From Azolla caroliniana (Eukaryota; Plantae; Polypodiophyta): a stretch of DNA of 64,000 nt. The notes beneath the pieces are model-generated. The model did no database searches and was not told where the DNA came from. It saw only the letters and a list, made by a program, of their open reading frames with translations. The DNA lies in assembly GCA_043228905.1 (NCBI GenBank), contig JBHGNT010000011.1, positions 1,612,001-1,676,000 of the forward strand, in the 5' to 3' direction. The first letter of the stretch is position 1; each line of letters begins with the position of its first letter. The position numbers and the translations under genes are program-made. Positions 48,311-61,059 of this stretch are shown piece after piece.

Positions 48311-48690
48311 CGATTAGGGTTTTCCACGTTAACATTCAGTGTCGTCACATTCTGTGTAAGTGCATTAATCTTCATTTCCGTTTTGTTTCTTCCATACAGT
48401 GTTTAAGACTCAGTTGTTGCCAAGCACTATTCCGCACAATAAAGAGATCACAAGAAAAGAGGAATTAAATGATAAGAGAAGAAAGAATGTATTTAGATAG
48501 AATGAGAATGGATACAAGATAGGTGATGAGAGCTTAAGATTGGTGTTGATTCTAATTGATTTGAGAATACATGTGTGCCTCTATTTATAGGTTCCTATAG
48601 AATAGCTTAGAGATTTCTATAATGTTCTAGAATATTCTAAGATGTTCTAGGACATTCTAGAACATTGTAGAATGATCTAGAGTTTTCGCA
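48311..48690 (-). mobile_element. AT-rich LTR fragment (end at ~48415, TCTAGA-type repeats) plus leader
   Basis: TGTTGCC terminus, TATA (rc) CTATTTATAG at ~48581, TTCTAGAA-like repeats at 48615-48682. Confidence 0.5.
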
Positions 48691-48699
48691 CTAATCAAT

Positions 48700-50000
48700 A
48701 TATTATAGAAGTAGCTATTATCTTCTCATATAACAATAACCTACCTAATGGTTGGGGATTTCAGTTATGGATTACAAGGGAAATAATAGGATATGATGGT
48801 AGAAAATCGTGGGTAAATCACTGACAGAAACGATTGTGATAACTACTAAGCTAACGGCCTCTCCTTGGTGATAAAAAGGAGGGGAGGGAGATTGAGAGGG
48901 GGGTTCATCCTTTGGGAGGGGAAGGTGTTGTCGGTTTGCGATCTTGAGCACTTCAGGGTTTCTATTCTTCTTGTTCGAATTGGTGTGAGACCTCTACTCG
49001 CGTAGGATGCCCGTGTGCTCCCGACCAGAGGCTAACCTGCGCCTGTTTGTGTGTGGGTTTGCTGAGCTCAAAGCTTTGTTATTTGGTCAACGACCATACT
49101 TGTATTCCTTTTCTATCTTAATTCATTATAGGTATTGTTGTACATGGTCTCTCTATGTGTCCACTATTTCGGTCTCTTTGTGATTACGTCGATACTTGTA
49201 TCTTGTCCGTGGTGTTTGGAGGGGTCACTCTTTCCTCTTCTATTCTACGTTTACCCACTATGCAGGGGAGCTTATGTGCTTCGTGAAGAAACCCGACAAA
49301 CGAGTCGGATAACCGTTGCTACGTTAGCAACCTCTCTTCCTCTGATTCCCTAGTCCAAGAACCCCGTGGTTCCACCTGATCCGATACGTATACGCGGTGT
49401 CGTGAAGAATTTCGTCCAGAGGCGGAAACCGGGAAACATTGGCTACATCAGCGGGGTGCAGCATGTCTGCTCACCCTTGTACATTTAGTGTGAATAACGA
49501 GGGCGCCTTTATGGCGCCGAAGAGTAGTCAAGTCGGGACAGACGATCCCATGTAAGTCGGGATTTATCCCACATTGTAACGCATCCCTCTCCTTGTTCTA
49601 TAAAAGGAAAGGAGCGCCCTTTGTGAAAGGGTTGCCCGTTTTGTGTTAGAGGGTATACCGTTAGGTTTAGAGTTAGTTTTCTTCTTCTTCTTCTTCTTCT
49701 TCATCTTCTTCTTCTTCTGCTTCTTCTTGGCGGGGAGGTCGACCGTTGAGGGCTGTCTCTGCTAGGTCTCCTGTGCAAGACCCCACTCCACGTGATGAGC
49801 CCGAGAGCTCCCCGGACGGCGGCTTGGCAGCAGACTGCTGCTGTAACCTACCCTACCATGGTCCGGCTCGAAGCTGGGAATGTATTCCTCCTTTTATATA
49901 TATACATTTGCGTCTGTCTGTGTAAATTGGTGTCTCTGCTGGTGTCAGGTGCTTCCCCTTTTCCTGCGTTTCCCGTACATAAGGGTGTGAGTCGGGTCGG

Positions 50001-50051
<51 letters not shown>

Positions 50052-50229
50052 CGGCGTCAAGCGCGCGCTCCCTCTCTTTCTCTCTCTCCCTTCGGTTGCT
50101 TCCGGTGTGCTTCCGGTGTGCCCCGAAAACGGTGAAGCAGGACTTCCTACGCTCCGTCACTCCCTAGTCCAAGACCCCCGTGGTCCCACCTTTCTCCACG
50201 CACGCGCGTAACAATGCGATAGCGGACAT
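48700..50229 (+). mobile_element. Gypsy-type LTR (5' end uncertain) with a related LTR nested near its 3' end
   Basis: U5 motif TCCCTAGTCCAAGA..CCCCGTGGT at ~49347. The terminus resumes as ATGCGATAGCGGACA at 50214-50228. Confidence 0.55.
49398..50213 (+). mobile_element. Solo LTR (816 bp) containing (CTT)n and (GT)n
   Basis: TGTCGTGA...CGTAACA, TATAAAAGG at ~49599, end matches the rc of 54551-54610. Confidence 0.75.
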
Positions 50230-51300
50230 CTGCGATACCGTGAAGCTGACCTCATGTTATGAGTTGGGCCGTCATGAAGGGCTGGCACTTCGGAAAAGGT
50301 TACCCTTTGGAATTCAGGAGGCCTTTCTGTTGTCTTATGCATAGCCGACTCATTGAACACTCTGTCTAAAGTTCAGACGATCTGTTTGTGCTCAGGTTCC
50401 CAGAGTCGGTATCCGATCTCGTCGTCTGGTCCATAACCAAGTAAAATGCATTTCCTAGACCTTGGTTCAATTTTTCAGTGATTGTCCTTCATTATGATGG
50501 CGTAGGTCTCACATCCAAAAATCCTTAGGTTGTCGTAAGTCAGCTTATTGCCGGTCCATAATTTCTGAGGTATTGGAAGTCCTAGAGGCCTACTCAGCGA
50601 CATATTGATTATGTATATTGTCATAACTAGAGCCTCTGCCCAGAAGCCATCTGACAGTCTAGAGTGTTGGAGCATGGATACTATTCGTTCCTAAATTGTC
50701 TGATTCATCTACTTGGAAATTCCATTCTGCTCCGCACTATGTGGTGCCGTGTATTCACATCTAATGCTGCGCTACCAACAAAATCTGACGAATGCTTCAG
50801 ACTTAAATTCTCCCCCGTTGTCGGTCCGAAGGCATTTCAGCTTTCATCCAAACTAATTTTCAACCATAGCGAGACATTCCTGGAAGATCGAGAACACCCA
50901 ATCTTTGGTTCTAGTCGGATATGCCCACACCTTTTTGGTTGAGTCTTCAATGAAGCTGACAAAATAGAAAGCACCACTGAGAGACTGATGTGGCATAAGA
51001 TTAGATCAAGTGGACCAGATCGAGCGGGCTCGATTCTCTTGGTTATGTCGTCGGGTGTGAGGTTGCGGCTTGTTTACCATATTGGCAATGCTCACAGAAC
51101 TCGTGATTTGAGAAGGAGAGTTTGGGGATATATCTGTCTCTGGATAAGTGCATTATGTCGGCCTTGCTGAGGTGTCCGAGTCGTGCGTGCCATAACGATG
51201 AAAGTGGAATGTCGACCATAAGCAAGTCACCCTCTCTGAGTGTGACGTATAGGGGGTACAATGAATGTACTTTCGGACCTCGAGCAAGCAAGAGGTTCCC
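50230..51300 (-). pseudogene. Ty1/copia integrase fragment (a different family)
   Basis: LWHARLGHLS, CEHCQYGKQ, SDNGGEF, FWAEAL and LRIFGC motifs. Confidence 0.8.
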
Positions 51301-52317
51301 CTCTCCCCTCCCTCTATTTTCTTGTAGGTAAATTTAGATAGATTTAGGTTTATGTTTTAATCTTAATTTTTATTAATCTTATGTTTAGCCCTAATATTAG
51401 CAATTAACCCCCCATCCCTGATCCCTAATCATGCCTCTCCCACCACCCCTTATCACAACCCGAAGCCATTGTCACACCATTCCACACTCCTCGTCTACGA
51501 CCTCACGGTCAACAAAAAGTCATTTACCGTAACACTCCATGGAGGCCCCCGTATCGGAGATTGGCACCCATGACGAAAGAGCATTGTCTAACACCGAGAA
51601 TTCGTTTGTGCCAAGTGCCCTCACACAACGACTCGTGCCATTTGCAAATGGGACCATCGACATCTCTCATTTCTCCTCGCTCCTGACATCCCCCCTCACA
51701 GATCTTTCTATTGTAAACACAGAACTACATTATGTAGTCGTGCAATTTTAATTTGATTTAAAATCTTCTCCTTCTCACTTGTAGTAACATGCACAAGACT
51801 ACACTTTTGGTAGCCAGAATTGTATTCGTATCGTACCCGTTTACATCTACCCCTCCTTTTATTTTTTTAATTACCACCCTCCCCTCCCTTTACCTAAATT
51901 CTAACCATAACCTCCCACATGTTTTTTCCTAATTTTATCTTCTACCCCTCCCATTACTTTTTTATTACCACCCTACCCCTACCCCTACCCTTACCCCTAA
52001 CCCTCCCTAATTCACACCAAGTATATCAAACGATTTGGGTGCGCTCAAATTGTTCTTGGTGATCTTTTCACTTCACCTCCATTTTGTTATTTTACCCCCC
52101 TACCCCTCCCTTGTAACCTTCCTAAATTACTTTTCCTAAATTACCATCCTACCCTTCCCCTTGACTTCTTCAAAATTTTACCTTTCTACCCCTCCTCCCA
52201 CTTTTTCCTATTACCAACCTACCCCTCCCCTAAACCCCCCCTCATTTCTTAAAATCGAAACACCCTACCCTCACCCCGCCTCTCTCTAAATCTTTTCCTT
52301 TTCTGTCTCTCTCTCTA

Positions 52318-52895
52318 AAGGAAGAGTGTGTTGAAGAAGTTGTCATTGGGAATGTTGTGATTATGATTTTGCTATATGAGGATGATATAGTGCTTTTTGC
52401 AAATACTTTAGGAGATGCACTAAAACTTATGAAGGCATTGGAAAAAAATTGCATGGATATTAAATTAAGTGTCAATAGCTCTAAAACAAATATTATGCTT
52501 GTGAAGAGCAAAAAGAGAGATAAACCATGCATTATGTACAACAATGATCCACTTGAATGTGTGGAAAGCTTCAAATAACTTGGCCTTTAAGTTCTTTCAA
52601 ATCATAGATGGAATGAATGTGCTACACGCCACTAAGAGGTGGGTAAGTGAGCATATGCAATCTTGGAGATATTAAGTGTTGGGTCCTCAAGAAATATCTT
52701 TTCGGTACTTTCGTGACACTGGTTCTTCTCTATGGGGTGGAAGTATGGGGTGGTAGCATCCCTAAATCTATGTGGAAAGAGTTTGAAAATGTCCAAACTT
52801 TACATTTTCTTACAAAGTTTCTACAAGTTAAGAAACAAACTCCCTACACCCTCCTCCTTGAGACGGGATCGCTTCCCATTGAGATCATGGCCATG
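52318..52895 (+). pseudogene. Non-LTR (RTE-like LINE) RT C-terminal fragment
   Basis: ILLY(E)DDIVL, LSVNSSKT, VESFK*LG, LLYGVEVWG and ETGSLPIE motifs. Confidence 0.8.
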
Positions 52896-54542
52896 GTATC
52901 GAGACCAACGGCGGTACGACGAAAGTTCGGACGATGATCGGCACCAGGAACTGCGCTGGGACCAACATCAACCACCGCGTACGCTCCGAAGAACGAACTA
53001 GGACCGGGAGGAGCAAGTCACACTTGGGGACCAGCACACACCACTAGTTGCTGAGAAAGGCGAATCTAGCGTCCATTGTTTTGTTTGCCAACAACCCGAA
53101 CATTATGCCACGCAATGCCCATTACGCAAGGGCAAGGGGCCCACCATCAATAAGATTACGGCGGAAGTGCAGCAAGTGACGACAAGACAGCAAACAAAAA
53201 ATGTTGATTGGGCCGCGCAAGATGAGATACGTTAGACGGCCCAAGAATGGGTTGAAAAAGCAAACACGGCAAATACGGAACGCATGCGGAAGGAGTCCAC
53301 AAACACGGTGGAGCCGTCGGAGGAAGATGTAATATCTCTGGATCCCATATAGCAAGCACTGACAGGTTGTGAGATAACGCTAACCATGGGGAAGCTACTT
53401 CAACTAGTCCCACGGTTCCACCAAGCCGTGGAGGATCATATAACGGGCAAACCTAGGGTAAGCGTCTCCACAAATTTTACGAACATCAACGCCAGACCAA
53501 CAATGGTGGATCACCACAATCCGACTATTAAGTTGATATTACACGGTCAGGAAATCCCAGGATGCATAATCGACGGCGGCTCTAGCGTCAATGTAATTAG
53601 CACGAAGACATGTGAACAATTGGGAATTTCAGAATGGGAAGCTTGCCCGTTTTGGCTTCCCATGGCGGATACCTGCTCAATACGGCCATTGGGTTTAATA
53701 AGCAAGATAGGCATTATCGTCAGAGGACATTGCTTCGACGTCTCGGCAGTAGTCCTCGCCCTCGATGCCCTAGGAGTGTATCCTATGCTGCTAGGTAGAC
53801 CCTGGCTTCGTTCAACAAATATCAAGCAGAGCTAGCAACATAAGTGCAGAAGCTTTCGACGCAGACGCACCAAGGTTCGTGTACCAATAGAGGAAATGGC
53901 GGCACAACCCAAGGGCATAACACCGTTATACGCGGAGGATATAAATATGTTGGCTGGGGTGGATGATATAGAATTAGAAGTATACCTAGAAGAGCAACCC
54001 CGGATCATTCCGCTATTCGAAATTGACGTCATCGAAACTGCGGCGGAGTATGCCACACCTGCTACGCTCCACGACGAGGCTTACGAACCAAACCCAGAGT
54101 CAATATTAGAACTAAGCAGAGCACGGGCAACGTTCAAGAGGGAAATGGAAATTTCACGATGAGTCACTACCTCAGTCCTCGAAGAAGTAAATGTGGGTAC
54201 GACATCAGAACCCCGATTCCTCTCCATCGCAAAAGAATTACTGGCGGCTTAGAGAGACGCGATGATAGCACTACTCCGGAAGTATAACGATGTGTTTTCT
54301 TGGTCCCACGAGGACATGAAGGGGTTAGATCCGAAGTTTTATCAACATAAGATCAATTTAGCGACCGATGCGAAACCGGTCCAACAACGTCGATACCGCA
54401 TGAACCCAAACTACGCGGCTCGCATAAAAGAAGAAATTGACAAACTCCTCAAGGCCGGATTCATACGACTAGTAAAACAAGCTACATGGTTAAGCCCGAT
54501 AGTAGTTGTACCAAAGAAAAATGGCAAAATACGTGTATGCGT
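52896..54542 (+). pseudogene. Ty3/gypsy gag end, protease and RT start (related to F)
   Basis: CFVCQQPEHYATQC, IIDGGSSVN, LLGRPWL, DVFSWSHEDMKG and WLSPIVVVPKKNGKIRVCV motifs. Confidence 0.85.
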
Positions 54543-54550
54543 TGTCGCGT

Positions 54551-55005
54551 TGTTACGCGCGTGCATGTAAAAGGGGCGGGACCACGAGGGTCTTGGACTA
54601 GGGAGTAGAGGAGAATGAATAAGATATGAGAAATGGAAGCTTAACACCGGATGAGAAGATGAAGAGTAGCACATAAGCATAGACCAAAATAGATGGAAGC
54701 AAGATCCATAACAAGATATATTAAAACGAATGATTGATTACAACGATGGTGGCCGCATGGACCGCCCCAAAACTATGAGAAAACCCTAACCAGGGATGAA
54801 CAAGGGGACCCTAAACGAAACCCTAACCCTAAAACGGTAAGAACTCTACACTAAGTGGTATAACTTTCATACGCAAAATAGGCAACCCCCTCATAAGTGA
54901 CCCCTCCCTTCCTTTTATAGCCCAAGGAGGGAGGGACTTTACAATGTGGGATAAAATTTCCCCTCTTATTTCTATACACCATTTCCTAGTATACATGTGC
55001 ACATG
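54551..55005 (-). mobile_element. Truncated LTR of the 49398-50213 family
   Basis: Begins TGTTACGCGCGTGC...CCACGAGGGTCTTGGACTAGGGAG, the rc of 50160-50213. TATA (rc) at ~54913-54920. Confidence 0.7.
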
Positions 55006-55007
55006 GT

Positions 55008-57308
55008 CTGTAAAATTTGCGGAGACGCTTACCCTAGGTCTGCCCGTTATACGATCCTCCACGGCTTGGCGGAACCGTGGGACTAGTTGAAGTAGCTTCC
55101 CCATGGTTAGCGTTATCTCATAGCCTGTCAGTGCTTGCTATATGGGATCCGGAGATATTACATCTTCTTCCGACGACTCCACCGTGTTTGTGGACTCCTT
55201 CCGCATGCGTTCCGTATTTCCCGCATTTGCTTTTTCAACCCATGCTTGGGCCGTCTAACGTATCTCATCTTGCGCGGCCCAATCAACATTTTTTGTTTGC
55301 TGTCTTGTCGTCACTTGTTGCACTTCCGCCGTAATCTTATTGACGGCAGGCCCCTTGCACTTGCGTAATGGGCATTGCGTGGCATAATGTCTAGGTTGTT
55401 GGCAAACAAAACAATGGACGCTAGATTCGCCTTTCTCGGCAACTGGTGGTGTGTGCCCGTCCCCAAGTGTGACTTGCTCCTCCCGGTCCTAGTTCATTCT
55501 TCAGAGCATACGCGGTGGTTGTTGTTGGTCCCGGCGTAGTTCCTGGTGCCGATCATCGTCCGAACATTCATCGTACCACCGTTGGTTTCAATACTGGCGA
55601 TGTTTTCCTCGAGGCCCATTGAAGCCGCCCCATTTGTTTGTCAGACGGTAATTCTCATAGCGTTGGCCCCCTTTAGTATTTCTGTGGTTGCCACGGTAGT
55701 CTTCATCCTCCAGCTCGTCTTCCTCGGAATCGTTGTTATTCCGGCGATTCCGGTAGTGTCGGTCATCGCGTGGGTTCCGATCCATATACCAGGGTTGTTC
55801 TTCTTGCCGCCTTCGCTCATTACGGAGAGGGGGGCGCTATGTTTCCACACTGTGTACTATGGGCGTGCCTCTGTTCAACATATTGTACTCACACTGGTCG
55901 ACCGTGTGTGCCTTCGAGTGACAGATTGGGCAGTGGATTTGCATGTTGCATTCGACTGCGGAATGCCCCGAATTCAAGCAAATCGTACACTGGATTGCCT
56001 GGCAGAAGTGTCGTTCCTCGTCCTAAGGTAACGCTTGCCGTAATGAGGACAACCTTTCTTCTTTGTCGTCCAACTCGAGCTATAGCGCTCGTTCTATTAC
56101 CATGTCGGCCGTTTCTCCTTTTCACGCTATTGTTGTTGAGCGTCATCTGTATCGGTCATCGTAGAGTTGCCAGGAATGTCTCCCGAGCCTCGTCCTCCGT
56201 CGGTCCCCGTTCTAATTTCTGTCGTAGATTTTGGAAGCGTAAACTGTAATCCGCTACAGTCTCAGTCGGCAACTGTTTAATTGTATAAAACTGCCCGAGA
56301 ATTTCGTGTTGTGGCATCTACCAATGAAAGAAATGCAAAAAGGCCGACTGCAGCTGGTCAAAGGTCTTGATTGCTGGCAGATCCATCTACGAAAGCCAAA
56401 ACGCCGCTCTCCCATCCAGAGTTAATCCGAACTCTGTCATTTTGGACAGGTGCGCAACTTCTTCGGGAAGGCTCTGCGCGATGTGATTTGCATTCCAGAC
56501 ATTTAGGAACATGCGACTGTGGGTTGCGGCGTCAGTTTCGCCGTTGAAGTGGGGATACGAGAAGGACCATGGTGCTTGTGTGGTGAGTGAACTTTCTACC
56601 TGTCGCCAGGGTATTTGGTGAGAGGAAAGTCGTCTTTGTGGTCCCCACAGGTATCACTGAGGTCCCTGAGGCGAGGTTTTTGCCGTGCACGTTCCTTTGC
56701 CTAGCGGGTGATGGACCCTGTGATTGGTCGATCTTGTCATGTTGGTTCTCTGGGACGTCTGCGGCTAAACATCCTTTCGTCGTTGTTCTTCTGTGAGAAG
56801 ACACAGATCACCAAGCGTGCCAAAAGTGTTATCAATTAGGAACACGGTCTTCAGTTAGTCCTTCGACCTAGACCTCAAGGTTACTACGTTGCCACGAATG
56901 GTACCGTTGTACCGTAATACGTAATGGGATAACTCTCCGTATCCTAGTAGCATATAAGAGAGACGGCTACAACCGAACTCCCTAGACAGTGCACTAGTCA
57001 CAACACTTGCACTCACGCCTACGCCTCTTACGATTACAGTGTTTACAATACGCCACCAAGAATCACAGACACATAGTAGATTAACCACAGAGATGCATAG
57101 GATATTAGAGAAGGTAAAACTCTATTAAGATGTGCTCTATGCACCAAAATTTACACGCTACCTCTATCAGAGGATTTCTGCCCTTTATATACATAGGGTC
57201 TTTTAGCCGTTCACGCTTCCCGCGTGAACCGTTTACATGCATTACGTTTTTTACTATATTCTATATTTCTGTGCTCCTATCCTTCGGTTACTATTCCAAT
57301 GGACAACA
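55008..57308 (-). mobile_element. Ty3/gypsy J: 5' LTR 56827-57308, PBS and gag; inserted in the RT of K
   Basis: TGTT..AACA termini, PBS TGGCACGCTTGGTG (rc of 56809-56822), gag with knuckles. 55008-55594 is an inverted copy of 52896-53480. Confidence 0.8.
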
Positions 57309-60300
57309 CCGGTCCCAGATGATATGCATCCCTAGTATTTGTCTTTCCGAACCCAAGTCTTTCATTGAGAAGGTCTGGTTAAGAGCCTTCTTCCGCATCC
57401 GTATCTTGACTTGGTCTCGTCCGACGATCAACATGTCATCTACGTACAGGAGGAGTATCAGGAAGTCTCCCCCTTTGAACCTCTTCACAAACACGCAGTG
57501 ATCGGCCTGCGTCTTGTGGTATCCTTGATCCGTCATGAAGGAGTTGAACTTCCGGTACCATTGCCGGGGAGCTTGCTTCAAACCATAGAGGCTCAACTTC
57601 AACCAACAAACCAGGTGCTCCTTCCCTTTCTTCACAAATCCCTCCGGTTGTTGCATGTAGATCTCCTCTTCGAGGTCATCGTGGAGGAACGCCGTCTCCA
57701 CGTCTAACTGCTCTACCTCAAGGTCCATGCTTGCCGCTATGCTCAGCAATGTCCGGATGGAAGTCATCTTTACTACCGGGGAAAATATCTCGTCGAAGTC
57801 CACGCCCTTCTTCTGCTGGAACCCCTTCACCACAATCCTGGCTTTGTATCTCGGGGGGTTATCGGCATCTCCCAGTTTCAGCTTGTACACCCACTTGTTT
57901 CGGAGTGCCTTCTTTCCTTTCGGCAACTCCACCAATTCATACGTGTGGTTCTCATGCAGGGAATGCATCTCATCCTGCATGGCACTCAACCACTTGCGGC
58001 TATGGGTGTCATCCTTTGCTTCTTCGAAGCTTTCCAGCCCCCTCATCGGTTAGCAACACACGCTCTACATCCGGAAATCTCCGGGGGGGCCTTCTCTCTT
58101 TGAGAGCATATCTACGTCCTTGGCTTTTGGCAACCAGCTCCTCTGTTTGTTCTTCATCCAAATCCGATTCGGGGTCTTGGCCGATTCCAGTTTCTTCTTC
58201 TTCTTTTGCCGGTTTGGTATCCTCACCGTAACCGGCCGATTCTTCGAGTGTTAACCGGCTCTTTGCCGGATGGGTTTGCATCTCATCAAACCGGTCCTTT
58301 CCGGTCGATTCAGAGTTCATTATCTTCTTCTCCGACTCCCAGTCGACAAGGGTCTTGTCCTCCATGAAGATAATATCTCAACTCCGGAATACTTTCTTGT
58401 TGACCCGGTCCCACACTCGGTAGCCGAACTCATCATCGCTGTATCCAAGGAATATGCATGGCCGTGTCTTTGGATCCAATATCCTCTCCAGTCCATAGCA
58501 ACATGCACGTACGCGAGACACCCGAACACCTTCAGATACCAGTAGGATACTTCCTTACCGGTCCACACTCTCTGTGGTATGTCTCCATCCAAGGGCACTA
58601 AGGGTGATCTGTTGATCACATATGTCGTTGTCAACAATGCCTCAGCCCCAAACATCTTGGGTAGCTTTGCATGTGCCAACATGCTCCAGACCCTCTCCAT
58701 TATGGTCCGGTTCATCCTCTTGGCCAGCCCGTTTAGTTCCAACGTCTTCGGCACAATAAATTCGAGCCGGATTCCCTTCGAGCGGTAGTACTCCTCGATT
58801 TGCCCCTGGTATTCACCTCCGTTATCTGCTTGAACCGCCTTCAGCTTCCAACCGGTTTCTCTTTCCACTCTAGCGTGGACCTCCTTGAAGACGGATAACA
58901 CCTGATCCTTCGTCTTCAACGGTGTGGCCCACAGCTTCCAGCTGTGGTCGTCTATGAACGTCACGAAGTATTGCGATCCAGCATGTGACTTCGTGTCCAC
59001 TTGACACACATCGGTATGCACCAGCTCCAGTGGTGCATTACATCTCATCGGCGGCCTTGAGCGGAAGGAGGTCCGGTTTTGCTTACATGCCAGGCAGTCG
59101 ATGCACTTCTCAAGATGCACGTCTTCACCGGAATGAGGTTGTCATCGACAAGCCTCTTCATCCCCTTCTCGCTCATGTGACACAGTCTCTTGTGCCACAG
59201 CTCACCGGTAGTGTTTGATGCCACGTTCACTTATTCCGGACATATTTGGGCATTCATCAAGTACAGTGTGTTGACATTCCGGGCTAAAGCCAGTTTTAGG
59301 CTCCCTTTGTAGAACTTCATGACACTGTTCCAAATGCTACCTGTGTAGCCTTCATCACCTAGCCGACCGGGTGATATCAGGTTCAGTTGAACCTCCAGAA
59401 CGTGTCAAACTTCCTTCAGCAGCCACACGTCTCCTATGCCGACAATTCGGCATGTACCTTCATTCCCCATCCGGACACAACCATGCTCACCGGTTGTGTA
59501 GGATGAGAAGCATTTCCGGTCCGGGGTAAGGTGGAATGACACTCCGGAATCAACAACCCACGTTGTTTCATCGCCTACAAGGTTCAACTCACGCTCCTCG
59601 GTGATGAGCATCAACTCTTCTTCAATTGCCACGATTGTCGTCATTCCCTTCCAGTCCGGTTCTCTTTGGTCTTTGTCGTTCCTATCTGGTGACCACTTCG
59701 AATCGGTACTGTCGGTTTCCTTGTCTTTCCGGAAAGGCCAACAATTCTTCTAAAAGTGCCCCGGCTTCCCACAGTAGAAGCAAGTGGGCCTTCCCCTTGA
59801 CTTTGACCGTGTCCCCGACTTTTCCCTGTTCTGGAGACTCCGATTCCTTTGTCTTCCACAATCCGATTCAGTAAGGAGTGCTTTGGGGTTAGAGCTCTTA
59901 TCCTTTTCTTTCCGACGTGTCTCCTCATCTAGCAAGCTCGACTTGACTCTTGCTAGGGACAACTGTTTTCCTTCTGGCCCGGCGTTGCCCAACGTGACAA
60001 CTAACGTCTCCCAGCTATCTGGGAGGGAACCGAGTAGGAGTAGAGAAAGTACCTCATCAGCGAGAGGTACTTCCAACGAGGTTGCCGGGTGAATCAGACC
60101 CTGGAAGGCATTCATGTGCTCCGCCATACTGGAGCCATCTTAGTATCGGAGCCTCACTAGCTTCCGAAACCCGATTAACAGCATTTTTGTTCTAAAACAT
60201 AATGTCGATCTTCGATGAAGCACCGTATGTACGTCGTTGTCTTCATGTGCATCACCTCCCATATCGTGGCATCGATCTTGTCCAGTCTCTTGTCCCCGAA

Positions 60301-60983
60301 CTTAACCGGAAACCAAAGATCTTTAACCATGAGCATGTCCCTCATCTTTGACTTCCACACTGAGTAGTTGGAGCCGGTGAGCTTGAACATGCCTCCCAAC
60401 GAATCTTCCATTTTTCTGTGTCATTTTGCTTTGGTACCAAATTGACAGGAACTATGCGGAATAATCTTCGTCCACTACCGAGACTTAGATCACTTCATGA
60501 TAATCAAACACAATACAAATGGAGAAATGGAAGTAGGTACACAGACAGAAGAGAATGCACAGGATGTTAACGTGGAAAACCCTAAAACGGGAAAAACCAC
60601 GGGAGTCCCCAAACTCCAACTATCACTATGTAGAGAGGAATACAACATATGAACATAGAGGCCACGACCTCTTGCTCTCAATCTTCGCCTAGCGGTGGTT
60701 ACAACAGAGACACACACACACTCTCTCTCTCTCTCTTTTCTTCTGCTACGCTTTGTACAGTAGTTACATCAATAACTCTATACAAAATAATGACTACACA
60801 ATGATCTTGTTTGCCCTAGGTCATATTTATACTAATATGACTTTTGGGCTATTTACAAATATGGCCCTTGTGGGCTCTTTGGAACATATTTACATATATG
60901 TCCCTTCATCTGGTGAGAGGTTCTCACCGGGTCTTCCGTTGTTGGGTACTCATATCCCATCTGGAGGGACCAAAATCCTAACA
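57309..60983 (-). mobile_element. Degenerate Tork-like copia K (5' LTR 60443-60983, gag-PR-IN-RT; 3' end missing)
   Basis: ORFs 57291..58046 (RT, YVDD), 58320..59120 (IN) and 59750..60411 (gag). Degenerate PBS at 60428-60439. Confidence 0.85.
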
Positions 60984-61059
60984 CATGAAAGGGATCAAGT
61001 GTACAAACACAACTTATACATTAATCTCCCAAAGCAAAATCCGCTACATATGTAATTTT

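Noticed and set aside
48395-48545. Possible self-priming PBS after the LTR end at 48415
   Set aside because: There is no tRNA-type PBS, but complementarity to the LTR interior is only partial, too weak to call.
54780-54833. AAACCCTAA telomere-like motifs
   Set aside because: Only a few dispersed copies inside an LTR; not an interstitial telomere array.
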